Assembly: GCF_001194135.2 (NCBI RefSeq)
Contig: NC_069000.1
Location: forward strand, 5,140,790-5,204,789
DNA from: Octopus bimaculoides
Taxonomy: Eukaryota
Reading direction: 5' to 3'
Length of the DNA stretch: 64,000 bases
The notes below the pieces were generated by a model that searched no databases, had not been told where the DNA came from, and was given only the letters and a program-made list of their open reading frames with translations. The first letter of the stretch is position 1. Each line of letters opens with the position of its first letter. The translations under genes and the position numbers were made by a program. Positions 14,614 to 26,660 of this stretch are shown here, piece by piece.

Positions 14614-14820
14614 TCACTCCTTCAACATGCTGTACGCACAGAGCATCGCGCTCCTGCCCAGCAGTCGCATGAACGCCTTCTCCGTAATGCGCAACGCTGC
14701 CAGAGCCTTTTCAGCCTCACGGTTCCTACTGGGCAGTGGAACACTTGTACCAGTACGCCGGCGAATGATATTATTCTTAGAGGATAACAAGAAATCGAAA
14801 CGTCGAATTGCTATATCAAC
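14614..14820 (-). CDS. Terminal coding exon 4 (VDIAIRRFDFLLSSKNNIIRRRTGTSVPLPSRNREAEKALAALRITEKAFMRLLGRSAMLCAYSMLKE*)
   Basis: Visibly GC-richer, repeat-free island. Acceptor ggtttcagttag|GTT is phase 0 and matches exon 3. 68 codons to TGA at 14616-14614. The join continues an amphipathic helix (LHKVDIAIRRFDFLL). The supplied track misses it because it is an internal exon whose first in-frame ATG lies near its end. Confidence 0.78.
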   Translation of the reverse strand, partial: VDIAIRRFDFLLSSKNNIIRRRTGTSVPLPSRNREAEKALAALRITEKAFMRLLGRSAMLCAYSMLKE

Positions 14821-16696
14821 CTAACTGAAACCACGCTTGGTTCTATGACACACAGTCTCTGTATTAACCTGGTTTAAATTAAATGCCTGCCTTCATGAAT
14901 TCATGTCAACCTCTGGTCGAAACACCATCTTAATAACAGTAAAGCTATTCTACTAAATTCTTCATTATCTTCAAAATTATTTGAAACAAAGTCAGTGTAT
15001 TCCAACAGAAATTTGGTAACAAAAGAGTTAAATGCTGAAGACTGGTTAATATATTCATCTGTGAGAGTTTTCTTTTGAGACGAAAAGGTAAAAGAAAAAC
15101 TGAAAGAAATATATTTACGCATTTTATTTTTTTAATGGTGATATTCTTTCGACAATTTTTCATATTAAGAGAAGAAAATAAATAAATAAGATATCATATA
15201 AAAGCTGATTGAAAATAGAAAATAACACATATTGTATTGAAATTAGACTAAGAAAAGAAATATGTAACGTTTTCAGTATACGGATTGGGTAGGAGGGGAA
15301 GAGAAGGGAGTTGTTCGGTTTGCCACTTAAGACAAGAGGTTTTATGAAAATCTAGAGAGAACGTAATATATAACTTGAAAATTCCCTTTCAATTTCAAGT
15401 ATTAAACACATATACACACAATATATGCATGAATGTGTGTGCGTGTTTATGTGTGTGTGTATATATGTATATANNNNNNNNNNNNNNNNNNNNNNNNNNN
15501 NNNNNNNNNNNNNNNNNNNNNNNNNNNNNNNNNNNNNNNNNNNNNNNNNNNNNNNNNNNNNNNNTATATATATATATATATATGCTTATATAAATACAAT
15601 CTGTGTGAATACATTTATATCTGTAAACTTGTTTACACAAGTAAATACATTCTCTGCGCGAGTGTGTGTGCGTATGTGTGCGTATATGTGTAGATACATA
15701 CATACATGCATACATAAATATAGACACACAGAGAAAGACAGAAAAAGAAAGAATGAAAGAGAAAGACAGAGGAGAGGGGCGACACAGTATGTTTGAAAGC
15801 AAAGAGGCTTGCTTCGCAACCCGGAGGGCTTGGCTTTATTCGGGCTTCATGACATATTTAGTAATTATAATAGTTTTTGCCCTGAGAGACGACAGTGTGT
15901 AAAAATTTTAATAAACAACAACTTATTAAATCTCTTCCGATAGATTTAAACTGCAATCCAAAGCATACAAGATGGTTACGCGCACAGGGTCACGTTAATT
16001 TTGCATGAAACCTACAATGTGGGTGCATAGGTTCACAGCGATTTAGACTGTAATCTAATAAGTAAGTGATTCGGCTGATTGAGAAACTAAATCCTCATCA
16101 ACGAACGAAGGAGATCCACCATATTTGTAAATTTATGATTTTGTAAGTATGTGTGTCTGTACGTGCGCGCGCGCGTCTATGTGAGTGCGTGTGTGTGTGT
16201 GTTTATGTGTGTGTGTGCGTGGTTGGAAGCACGTGGCTCAGTGTCATGATTCCGAATCGTGGCTGTGTGTGTTGTGTATCTTTCTATATTTGTCTATATC
16301 TGTCTGCCTGTCTGCCTGTCTGCCTGGTTTGTCTGTCTGTCTGTCTGCCTCACTGTCTTTCTGAGCGTTTATCTATCTACATAGATGCATACATGCTTAC
16401 ATCTACACACATGCTCGTACATATTGTTACATATACACTCACACATACACACTCACACACACACGCGCACACACACACAGTTACATTAATCCAACTACAT
16501 GCATACGCAAACGCACCGACACGCCTACACACACACACGTATGTAAAGGTCTGTGCGCTTTTGCGGCAAAGCATTTATAAAGGCAAAAGCTGCTTTCGGC
16601 AGTTTAGATATGAGTGGAGAAAGGGAACAGAGGTTGAAAACATATCGGCAGCTTATAGCCTGATACACGCGCACACACGCGTGAACGTACGTCGTA

Positions 16697-16747
<51 letters not shown>

Positions 16748-16924
16748 GATGTGTTGAGACATATATATCCAGCGCACATGTATATTCTCCTCAATGCACA
16801 TACATCACCTGAATGCATCTTTGCTTTGCTGAAAGTGAAAGATTGATGTAGTGATGCAAGAAAGAAAAAAAAAGAAAACTTTTGTATTGCCGTATATCAC
16901 GATGATAACATCGACGACAACGCC

Positions 16925-16938
16925 ATTGATAATAATAA

Positions 16939-16969
<31 letters not shown>

Positions 16970-16988
16970 AATAAAAATAATAATACTA

Positions 16989-17041
<53 letters not shown>

Positions 17042-17058
17042 AATAATAATGATAATGA

Positions 17059-17109
<51 letters not shown>

Positions 17110-17159
17110 TAGTAGTAGTAGTAGTAGTAGTAGAAGAAGAAGAAGAAGAAGAAGAAGAA

Positions 17160-17206
<47 letters not shown>

Positions 17207-17224
17207 AGAAGAAGAAGAAGAAGA
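16925..17224. repeat. Compound trinucleotide microsatellite (ATA)n-(GATAAT)n-(AGT)n-(AGA)n
   Basis: Read directly from the sequence. It produces the poly-I/V/E pseudo-ORF at 16851-17282. Confidence 0.95.
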
Positions 17225-17227
17225 TAA

Positions 17228-17790
17228 TGCTGAAGCTGACTGGATAGAGCGTGAGAAAGTGAGCCTGAATGAAGTTGAATAGCAGACATGGAAGGCAATA
17301 GGAATAGAAGAGCTAAAATGTATTCTTGGGAAGTCTCACAAATGGAAAACTCCAGGACTATACGGGATTGGTAACTTCTGGTTAAAATGTCTGACAGAAG
17401 TACACCAAAATTTAGTTACATCTCTGACTGACGGCATCCAGAACTTTCTTGGCTGACCGAAGGAACAACCTACCTTCTACCAAAAACTGAAGACACAAAA
17501 TAGCTAAAGAACTACCGACCAATAACAAGTCTAAACGCCACCTACAAGATCCTCACATCCATATTAACTGGCACAATATACACTTTACTTGAACAAAGAT
17601 CTATCCTTCTACAAGCTCAAAAAGGTTGTAAAAGTAATTCTTACGGGTGCAATGATTAATTAATTAAAATTATTGTAGAGAATTGCCGGAGAAAAAACAA
17701 GAGGATGGCATGGATAGAATACAGGATTGTGTCCCTCAGAATTGGATATTCAAGGACCTTGAAATATATACGATCTCTCTTGTCATTTCT
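17228..17790 (+). mobile_element. R4/Dong-like non-LTR retrotransposon, decayed reverse transcriptase fragment
   Basis: Translates as WKTPGLYGIGNFWLKCLTEVH ... NYRPITSLNATYKILTSI ... QKGCKSNSYGCND*LI ... AWIEY, matching the WKAPGPD/NYRPITCL/QKGC/AWIDY RT motifs. Contains frameshifts and stops. Confidence 0.85.
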
Positions 17791-18464
17791 TGGTACAGGT
17801 GGGTAGTGAAGCCAACCTCACGATGGATTACGCCGATTGTCAGATTCGTCCAACACACGGAAACAGGATCAGACATAATTTTCACAAGACCGAAATACGG
17901 CAAGCATGCTTGTAATACAGATTAGGTGCTCTAAGTGCTATCCTGACTGCAGTTCCGTGCCTGTTGGTTGTCTATCTCGACCCGTTGGTGCTCTTTAATG
18001 ATACTATGCGGTATAGAATTATTGGAATTTTTGCCTGGTACTACTCGGCATGAGAATGCTTTCAATCAGACGCCTACAAATAATTCGAGAACGTCATCTT
18101 TGTTACACGACATTTTATTTCAACATCTTGCTATCGTAGAATTTCCACCTACCGCTGCTTCTTAGTGTTGATACATATATTTTTTTAATATATTCAAATA
18201 TATTACAAGAATATCTGTTGAGAATTCTCCTTTACCGCATTGCGTAAGATAAGGTGTGTGTGAACAGAGTTGCCACATCAGGGAATGCTAATTCATATCA
18301 GTATGCATTCATGCATTACACACACACGCACACACGCATACATAGACGCATTTATGCATATACAGAAAAATACAAAAGTTATATATTGATGGGTATATAT
18401 TTATATATAAATGCATAGATATATGCCTGAATAAATTAAATTAGATACGTGAATTTGTATACCA

Positions 18465-18538
<74 letters not shown>

Positions 18539-19354
18539 GTATATACACGTGCGCACACATGCACATATACGTGTGTGTGTCTGCGCGTGTGTGGGTATAC
18601 ATAGGAATCCTTCATATATATATATATAGACGCATGTGAGTGTGTTTTATGCGAGAAATTGGTGATGGGTTTATGGTGTTTACATATAGATAAATTACGA
18701 ATCCGATACATGCGTGTCTGTGTTGTTTATTCGTGTGCGTTTTTTTTTTTTTTTCAGCCTGAAATTGTATGACATTAATCGAAAAACATCTCATTCTCTC
18801 TGCCTAACTATATACATACACGCATACATACATACATGCGTATATACACGCACACATACATACATACATACCTACATACATAAGTTTATACATTCACATT
18901 TTCACACTCACTGAATTACACTCACTCACACCCACCCATACACACACACACACATATATATATATATATTGAATATTTCAAATCTATCAATCTCTATATC
19001 TCTATTCATATGCGTATACATATGTATATGAATATGTCTTGTTTTATATATATATATATATGATATGTACGTATGTACGTCTATTGAAAGCCATAGTGAA
19101 AATGGCGGTAAGACGAGAGAATACCATAAATCGTTTTCCAATCTACTCGAAATTATTGCATGTCGCTCAAATTCTTTTACTGCCCAATAATTTAAGTACA
19201 ACCATCAATTTCGAAAACTTGTCCGTCCACTCAAATTTTTTAATCTAAGTGCTACTGCATACTATCTGAGACCTATAACCAATAAGATAAATAGCATGGA
19301 GTTAATATTTGCTAAACTGTTATGAGCAGTATATATATATATATATATATATAT

Positions 19355-20959
19355 NNNNNNNNNNNNNNNNNNNNNNNNNNNNNNNNNNNNNNNNNNNNNN
19401 NNNNNNNNNNNNNNNNNNNNNNNNNNNNNNNNNNNNNNNNNNNNNNNNNNNNNNNNNNNNNNNNNNNNNNNNNNNNNNNNNNNNNNNNNNNNNNNNNNNN
19501 NNNNNNNNNNNNNNNNNNNNNNNNNNNNNNNNNNNNNNNNNNNNNNNNNNNNNNNNNNNNNNNNNNNNNNNNNNNNNNNNNNNNNNNNNNNNNNNNNNNN
19601 NNNNNNNNNNNNNNNNNNNNNNNNNNNNNNNNNNNNNNNNNNNNNNNNNNNNNNNNNNNNNNNNNNNNNNNNNNNNNNNNNNNNNNNNNNNNNNNNNNNN
19701 NNNNNNNNNNNNNNNNNNNNNNNNNNNNNNNNNNNNNNNNNNNNNNNNNNNNNNNNNNNNNNNNNNNNNNNNNNNNNNNNNNNNNNNNNNNNNNNNNNNN
19801 NNNNNNNNNNNNNNNNNNNNNNNNNNNNNNNNNNNNNNNNNNNNNNNNNNNNNNNNNNNNNNNNNNNNNNNNNNNNNNNNNNNNNNNNNNNNNNNNNNNN
19901 NNNNNNNNNNNNNNNNNNNNNNNNNNNNNNNNNNNNNNNNNNNNNNNNNNNNNNNNNNNNNNNNNNNNNNNNNNNNNNNNNNNNNNNNNNNNNNNNNNNN
20001 NNNNNNNNNNNNNNNNNNNNNNNNNNNNNNNNNNNNNNNNNNNNNNNNNNNNNNNNNNNNNNNNNNNNNNNNNNNNNNNNNNNNNNNNNNNNNNNNNNNN
20101 NNNNNNNNNNNNNNNNNNNNNNNNNNNNNNNNNNNNNNNNNNNNNNNNNNNNNNNNNNNNNNNNNNNNNNNNNNNNNNNNNNNNNNNNNNNNNNNNNNNN
20201 NNNNNNNNNNNNNNNNNNNNNNNNNNNNNNNNNNNNNNNNNNNNNNNNNNNNNNNNNNNNNNNNNNNNNNNNNNNNNNNNNNNNNNNNNNNNNNNNNNNN
20301 NNNNNNNNNNNNNNNNNNNTATATATATATACGCATATATATATATATATATATATACGCCACTCACATAATAGTGTGGTATACCTCCACTTTGTCGTGA
20401 ACTTCGACAAATTCATCATGGGAGGTGATATCACAAGCTTCCTGGTCTTGGTATTGCTGAAAGTTTTGGAGGTTAGCTGCAGGGCTTCAAAAAAGGGAGT
20501 GAGAGAGATGCATGTAAAGTTTTCTCTTTCTGAGGAGATATAAATTCCCAGTGACGGCCCTCTGGCAACTGTTATTGGGACTGTTCGTGGTGGTGCTGTC
20601 AAACATGACCTCAATAATACGATATTTTACTCTTTGATTTTGCAGACTGTCAAGCGTTTTCAAGATACACTAAACCTGCAGGGGGACACTGTCATATCAT
20701 TTTTACAGATATATTTACGGTGCATTTTGGAAAAACAAGTCGATATCCACTACCATCATCACTATAAGAGCTGGAGACTGTTTTAGCTGAAGAGTGGACA
20801 AAAATTACCTTTGGAAACAATTCAAACTTTGTACATGTACATACCTCGTAGAATTCAAGCTGTAATTACTGCCAAAGGCGGCCCAACCCCATGTTAAAAT
20901 AAATTTGTTTGAAATTTTAAGGTGTTTCCGTTATTTCGTCCAACACCTGTATACATACA

Positions 20960-20999
<40 letters not shown>

Positions 21000-21780
21000 N
21001 NNNNNNNNNNNNNNNNNNNNNNNNNNNNNNNNNNNNNNNNNNNNNNNNNNNNNNNNNNNNNNNNNNNNNNNNNNNNNNNNNNNNNNNNNNNNNNNNNNNN
21101 NNNNNNNNNNNNNNNNNNNNNNNNNNNNNNNNNNNNNNNNNNNNNNNNNNNNNNNNNNNNNNNNNNNNNNNNNNNNNNNNNNNNNNNNNNNNNNNNNNNN
21201 NNNNNNNNNNNNNNNNNNNNNNNNNNNNNNNNNNNNNNNNNNNNNNNNNNNNNNNNNNNNNNNNNNNNNNNNNNNNNNNNNNNNNNNNNNNNNNNNNNNN
21301 NNNNNNNNNNNNNNNNNNNNNNNNNNNNNNNNNNNNNNNNNNNNNNNNNNNNNNNNNNNNNNNNNNNNNNNNNNNNNNNNNNNNNNNNNNNNNNNNNNNN
21401 NNNNNNNNNNNNNNNNNNNNNNNNNNNNNNNNNNNNNNNNNNNNNNNNNNNNNNNNNNNNNNNNNNNNNNNNNNNNNNNNNNNNNNNNNNNNNNNNNNNN
21501 NNNNNNNNNNNNNNNNNNNNNNNNNNNNNNNNNNNNNNNNNNNNNNNNNNNNNNNNNNNNNNNNNNNNNNNNNNNNNNNNNNNNNNNNNNNNNNNNNNNN
21601 NNNNNNNNNNNNNNNNNNNNNNNNNNNNNNNNNNNNNNNNNNNNNNNNNNNNNNNNNNNNNNNNNNNNNNNNNNNNNNNNNNNNNNNNNNNNNNNNNNNN
21701 NNNNNNNNNNNNNNNNNNNNNNNNNNNNNNNNNNNNNNNNNNNNNNNNNNNNNNNNNNNNNNNNNNNNNNNNNNNNNNNN
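19355..21780. other. Two large assembly gaps (19355-20320 and 21000-21780) inside intron 3 of the predicted gene
   Basis: N runs flanked by (TA)n/(CA)n. Other gaps include 32233-32560, 35956-36480, 38948-39281, 55117-55595, 58229-58934 and 62879-63300. Confidence 0.97.
20710..20951 (+). mobile_element. Tc1/mariner DNA transposon 3' end with terminal inverted repeat
   Basis: LRCILEKQV ... SSL*ELETVLAEEWTKI ... LYMYIPRRIQAVITAKGGPTPC* is the typical Tc1 transposase C-terminus. It is followed by AATAAA and a terminus ...gtccaacacctg|TA with a TA target dinucleotide. Confidence 0.88.
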
Positions 21781-22640
21781 ATATATATATATATATATAT
21801 AAATACATATACATATATATAAGCTGGTGTGTGTACGCATAGGCGTTCAGATTTCGCGAATAAACGCCAATAATATTCATTGCTACATCTCGTACCTATC
21901 TGAACATACATCTAAACACATATAGAGTCCTCTTGAAAAGATTCAGCAGAGAGAGCTTGAGAAATAAAAGGTAGCGAAACGCTGTCAACTTTATTCTTAA
22001 TGATACGTCTTACAGCTAGTTGATCATGGAATAATTGGAGAAATGAACCGTACCCACTTGGAGCTAACTAGCGTTAGGATAATTGAGTGAATGATAAAAA
22101 CGAGTAGGAATACTATAAGACCTGCGCAAAGACAAGAAAATTCAATGTGAGAACTTATATATTAGAAAATATAAAATGAAGTGCTTGAAGGCTAAAACTC
22201 CGCCTGGATTTCTTTCTTCCTGTGGAGCGTCACATTGCTTCAGCATGCTTTTTTTTTTTTACGGAAACAGTGAATTAGCACGTATCGTCTTTGATATCGT
22301 GTAGCTATTTTCTATGGACGATGCCGTCAAGAATTATACAGCGCTTCTAGTGAACCGCCACATAATACCACAATGTATCTAGTACTGAAATTGAGTTGCA
22401 TTTGAAAAGTATGCTATACACGACAATATAACGATAATTTAATATCAATACCGGCTAGATCAGTGTGTCGATATATATCTGAATATATTTATGCGTATAC
22501 CTATATCTATATCTACCTACCTACTTACCTGCCTAACTATCTATCTATCTATCTATCTATCTGCCTGTCTCTCTCTCTCTATCTATCTATATTTATCTGT
22601 ATATGTCTATCTATCTATATATCTATCTATCTTTCTATAC

Positions 22641-22677
<37 letters not shown>

Positions 22678-22691
22678 CACACACATACATG

Positions 22692-22792
<101 letters not shown>

Positions 22793-23474
22793 GTACATAC
22801 ATTCTAACATACATACCTACGGGCATACATACATACATATATATACTCACATGGTTGCATACATATACATATGCATGTATGAATTGGCCTTTAACATTCG
22901 GCAAACAGTTTACGAACAATCAAATACGAAGTAAATTGTTGACGAGGCATTGAAGTAAAAATGAATAATAACATCTAGACCAATCTTATCAATACAAAAT
23001 GGTTTTCTATAACTCAAGTCCAAACTAACCACATCCCATTTATTAACGGTTTCACTTCTGGTATAGCGTATAATCTAAATGTATATAATTTCTTGAAAGG
23101 ACAGACTTGCCTTCCAAAAATGGAAATTGTCCGTAAATTATGTGAAAGTAGAATTATGCGATAGACATGCAACATTTGCAGTGTTAACTACGAAAGTTGT
23201 TAGCATTAGCATACCTCACATCATACGTATTTTATTTGTTCAATTCCGCATTCTTATGTAGAAATACAAATGTATTTATGCATTAAATTTACAAGTAGAT
23301 GTGATATGAACGCATACAAATATTACTTCAATGAGCATATAACTCACTTATTCGAAATACCGGAAAAAACAATCATCGTCGAAACAGACGTAGATACATT
23401 TACTCATTTGCTCTCATTCTTTGTCTCCCCTTTATTTTCTTTCTTTATCTTTCTCTCGCATGGTATATATATAT

Positions 23475-23577
23475 ATCATCATCATTATCGTCGTCGTCGT
23501 CATCATCATCATCATGACCATCATCAGCACCATCATCATCATCATCATCATCATCATCAGTAGCAGTAGTAGTAGTT

Positions 23578-23628
<51 letters not shown>

Positions 23629-23630
23629 TA
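23475..23630. repeat. Compound (CAT)n-(AGT)n microsatellite
   Basis: Read directly from the sequence. Confidence 0.95.
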
Positions 23631-24149
23631 CTGTTGTTGTGTCTGTTAGTTGTTTCTGCTCCTGTTGCTATTTGTGTTAACTCTGGTTATAATGGCCGCG
23701 ATGATGGCGCTGGTGGTGGCGATGATATTGCCGATGGTGGAGGTGATGGAGGCGGCGATGGTATAGTTTATTATTTCTCCTCCGACTTTGAAATTGGCTG
23801 TAATTTATAGTTTTATTATTAAACCTTAGCATTTTCTTCATTTTTTTATTTTCATGTATTTTTTATTTATTATTTTTTTAAATTTCTTCCTTTATTTTTA
23901 TTCTTTATTTCTTTTGTCGTTTTTTTCTTTCTTTCTCACTGCGCTGAGTTTAATCAGCAACGGAGCTTTAAACAGATGATTAAAGACTTCTAATGAAAAT
24001 TAAATGCTGGAAACATGCGGAAAGAATCTTTTCAAAAGACTTTCGACATTTAAAATGATTGCAACAAGCGGCAGAGGCATTCATTCACTCACCAATATCT
24101 AAGACTTAATTATTTAGAAACGAGTTAAATCAAAGAAGAAGGAAAAACG

Positions 24150-24166
24150 ATAATAATGATAATAAC

Positions 24167-24247
<81 letters not shown>

Positions 24248-24255
24248 AAGAAGAA
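24150..24255. repeat. Compound (AAT)n-(AGA)n microsatellite
   Basis: Read directly from the sequence. A further (TAC)n tract lies at about 24408-24450. Confidence 0.95.
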
Positions 24256-24407
24256 GAGTACAGCATGTGGTCAGAAATCCATTACCTTTGAAAATCCAAT
24301 TTCAAGTGATTAGCTTGAAAATAAAAGAAGAAAAAAGAAAAAGAAATAGAAAAGGAAAACGAGATTCTTACATTTCCTTCATTTCGCACAAAATGGATTG
24401 CATAAAG

Positions 24408-24450
<43 letters not shown>

Positions 24451-24582
24451 GCATTATGTGCTGGTATTTGTTGTGATTGGATTTTCCCCTTCTTGTAGTG
24501 TCGGGGAGAAAAAGGGGGCCGCGTCCATGGCGTTAGTAGACCGAGTGGGAGTGGTTAGTTTCGATGCCTTTGACGTCAATAC

Positions 24583-24764
24583 TTTATGTAGGACAAAAGC
24601 TGGGTGTTGAGGGTCAATGTAGTGCCTGAAGAGATGACCAGACATAATGTGAATACACTGAAGAAGATAGTTGAACGTGTTGACTTTATCTGAGAGGAGA
24701 TTTTGTATGAAAGCAGCTAGAGTCGAGAATCCGAGGTAATCGTGTTGGAGGAGAAGAGAAGTGA
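24583..24764 (-). CDS. Coding exon 3 (V-TSLLLQHDYLGFSTLAAFIQNLLSDKVNTFNYLLQCIHIMSGHLFRHYIDPQHPAFVLHK)
   Basis: Branch-like ctaac followed by acceptor ttgttttctatctcag|TC. Phase 1 matches exon 2 (G+TC = Val). Only one frame is open, with protein-like composition. Donor AAA|gtattg is phase 0; 182 nt. Confidence 0.82.
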
Positions 24765-24959
24765 CTGAGATAGAAAACAAGTACGTCTGTAAGGTTAGAA
24801 GCTGAGGAGATTTTTATTTTTCGTATGTGTGTGAAAGTCAACGAATCGATGGTACATTCTTTGAATGCAAGTTAAAGTGTTGATCGTGTTGGTGGGATTT
24901 TAGCATTTATACTATGCAAGGTCTGAGAGCAATTCTGCATTGCATTTCTGAAGGTATGG

Positions 24960-25400
24960 TAAATTGGTCAAACCCATTAACTGACATGCTACTTGACACA
25001 AACATAAAGATTACAGGAAATCTTGCGGGTGTTCTTGTCAAGTGCTATCAGCAGAGGAAGAGCCTCTTGATCAGTGTATTATCCCAGAAGTTGATATTGT
25101 AACTTTAAAAGAAAATAAGAATTATTCAAATATAAAGATCGGAAGATAAAATTTAAGCAGATTGCGGGTATTTTAAACTTAAGCATCGGCATAATAATAG
25201 ATGTCTTGGGAAAGCAGACAAGCATGCATGATTAAATGCCTCAGGTCTTACTCGTAAGCGCATAATACATAAATTAGGACTGCTTGGTACGGCTGACATC
25301 TTATATACATTTATTACAATAGAAAGGGAGATCAAAATAGTGCACATACCTTATGCAGACACTGTTGCATCTCACTTATGTAGCGAAAATGATGAGAGAA
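24960..25400 (+). mobile_element. R4/Dong-like LINE 3' end (restriction-like endonuclease region), highly decayed
   Basis: TNIKITGNLAGVLVKCYQQRKSLLISV resembles TDxxIxANRPDIVVxDxxxKxCxLIDV, and HKLGLLGTADIL resembles the QKxALLGTAHIL terminal motif of this clade (comparison from memory). Confidence 0.6.
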
Positions 25401-25906
25401 AGATAAATCAAATTGAATATTATTATTAATTGGTCCTATTACGGGTAGAATGCCTTGAGATTGCTTGTAGGGATTCACCTGTCAATTGACACCAGAGTTT
25501 ATGCGGAATTGTACTGTTTTCGACCCCGGTGAAATAAAAAAGTTAATATCACGCCACAGGGATTTCAGTTTAGAACAAAATGAATCACAATAAAATGCTA
25601 CATGGTGCTTTGTGGCTAATGTTTCGGTCAAACAACCAGCTTCTTGTTCAGAATGGGATTTTATTTGTCATATTCTTTCTAGTGAGGTCCGTTCTACGAT
25701 AATTAATGTAGCGATGCAAGAAATGTTTTCCATTGTTACGCTTTTGCTTTTGTTAAGAAAAATGAATAATTAACGTAATTCTCAGCTAAATAAAGCAGAG
25801 AAGATAATCCTGGTATGCTATCAAATAAAAATTAATCTGAAAAGAATGTAGGTCATGCAGTAAGGTATTGTGAATTTTGTCTTGTTGGCATATAGACGAA
25901 TCTTAC

Positions 25907-26034
25907 CCCTTATTTCGGTCTTATGAGATCTCATTAGTGAAGCACACATTGCAGGATTAAATCCACCGTTTGCATAGCAACATAATCGTAAGTTCGATGT
26001 AATGAAACAAGACAATGAAATAAAAATCAACAAC
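25907..26034 (-). CDS. Coding exon 2: signal peptide h/c region plus start of mature protein (LLIFISLSCFITSNLRLCCYANGGFNPAMCASLMRSHKTEIR)
   Basis: Acceptor tctctctttcccgcag|G and donor AGG G|gtaaga. 128 nt with only one of three frames open; phase 2 in, phase 1 out. Confidence 0.8.
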
Positions 26035-26364
26035 CTGCGGGAAAGAGAGATATATTTTCATGGTTTACAACTGAATTGGCACTAATCAACACAAAATAAC
26101 ATCAGATCGTCACTCAATGAAGCTGGGCATGTTTAGTCTTATTACATCGAGTACTCCATTTCTTAACACAACCTTTTGTTTTAATATATGGTGAGATTCC
26201 TGAATCGATGGAGGTTTGAGGTTTTTCAAATTTCGCTACTACATACCGGCTCCTCTATGCTATAAGTTTACCAAAGTATGCTTTCTTATATGAATTCTGC
26301 GTGCGTGTGCATGAGTGTGCGAGAGTGTGTGCATGACAAAGAAAAATCCCAACAATCTCTTCGG

Positions 26365-26660
26365 GCAAATAGTAAAACACAGTGTAAATAACGCAACACA
26401 GTGTATTATAGTAAAGGAAATCGTAGAAATAGTAAACAGCAGTGAAAATAGTATAATGTCATCGTGCAAATAGTAAATCACAGTATAAATAAAAGACCAG
26501 AGTGTATATATAGTAAATCACATCGTTTAAATACTATATCACATAGTAAAGGTTAAATCGCACCGTGTAAATAGTTATTCATAGTTAAATATCATATCAC
26601 ATTGTAAATAGTATAATTACACCGTGTAAATAGTATATAATAGTGTAAATAGAATAATCG
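26365..26660. repeat. Degenerate minisatellite, about 19-21-bp unit AATAGTAAATCACAGTGTA, in intron 1
   Basis: Recurrent atagtaaatcac / cacagtgtaaata / caccgtgtaaatagt blocks. Confidence 0.7.

Noticed and set aside
26365-26660. Repeat array considered as CRISPR-like
   Set aside because: Eukaryotic context, degenerate head-to-tail units without unique spacers, and no cas genes. It is an ordinary minisatellite.
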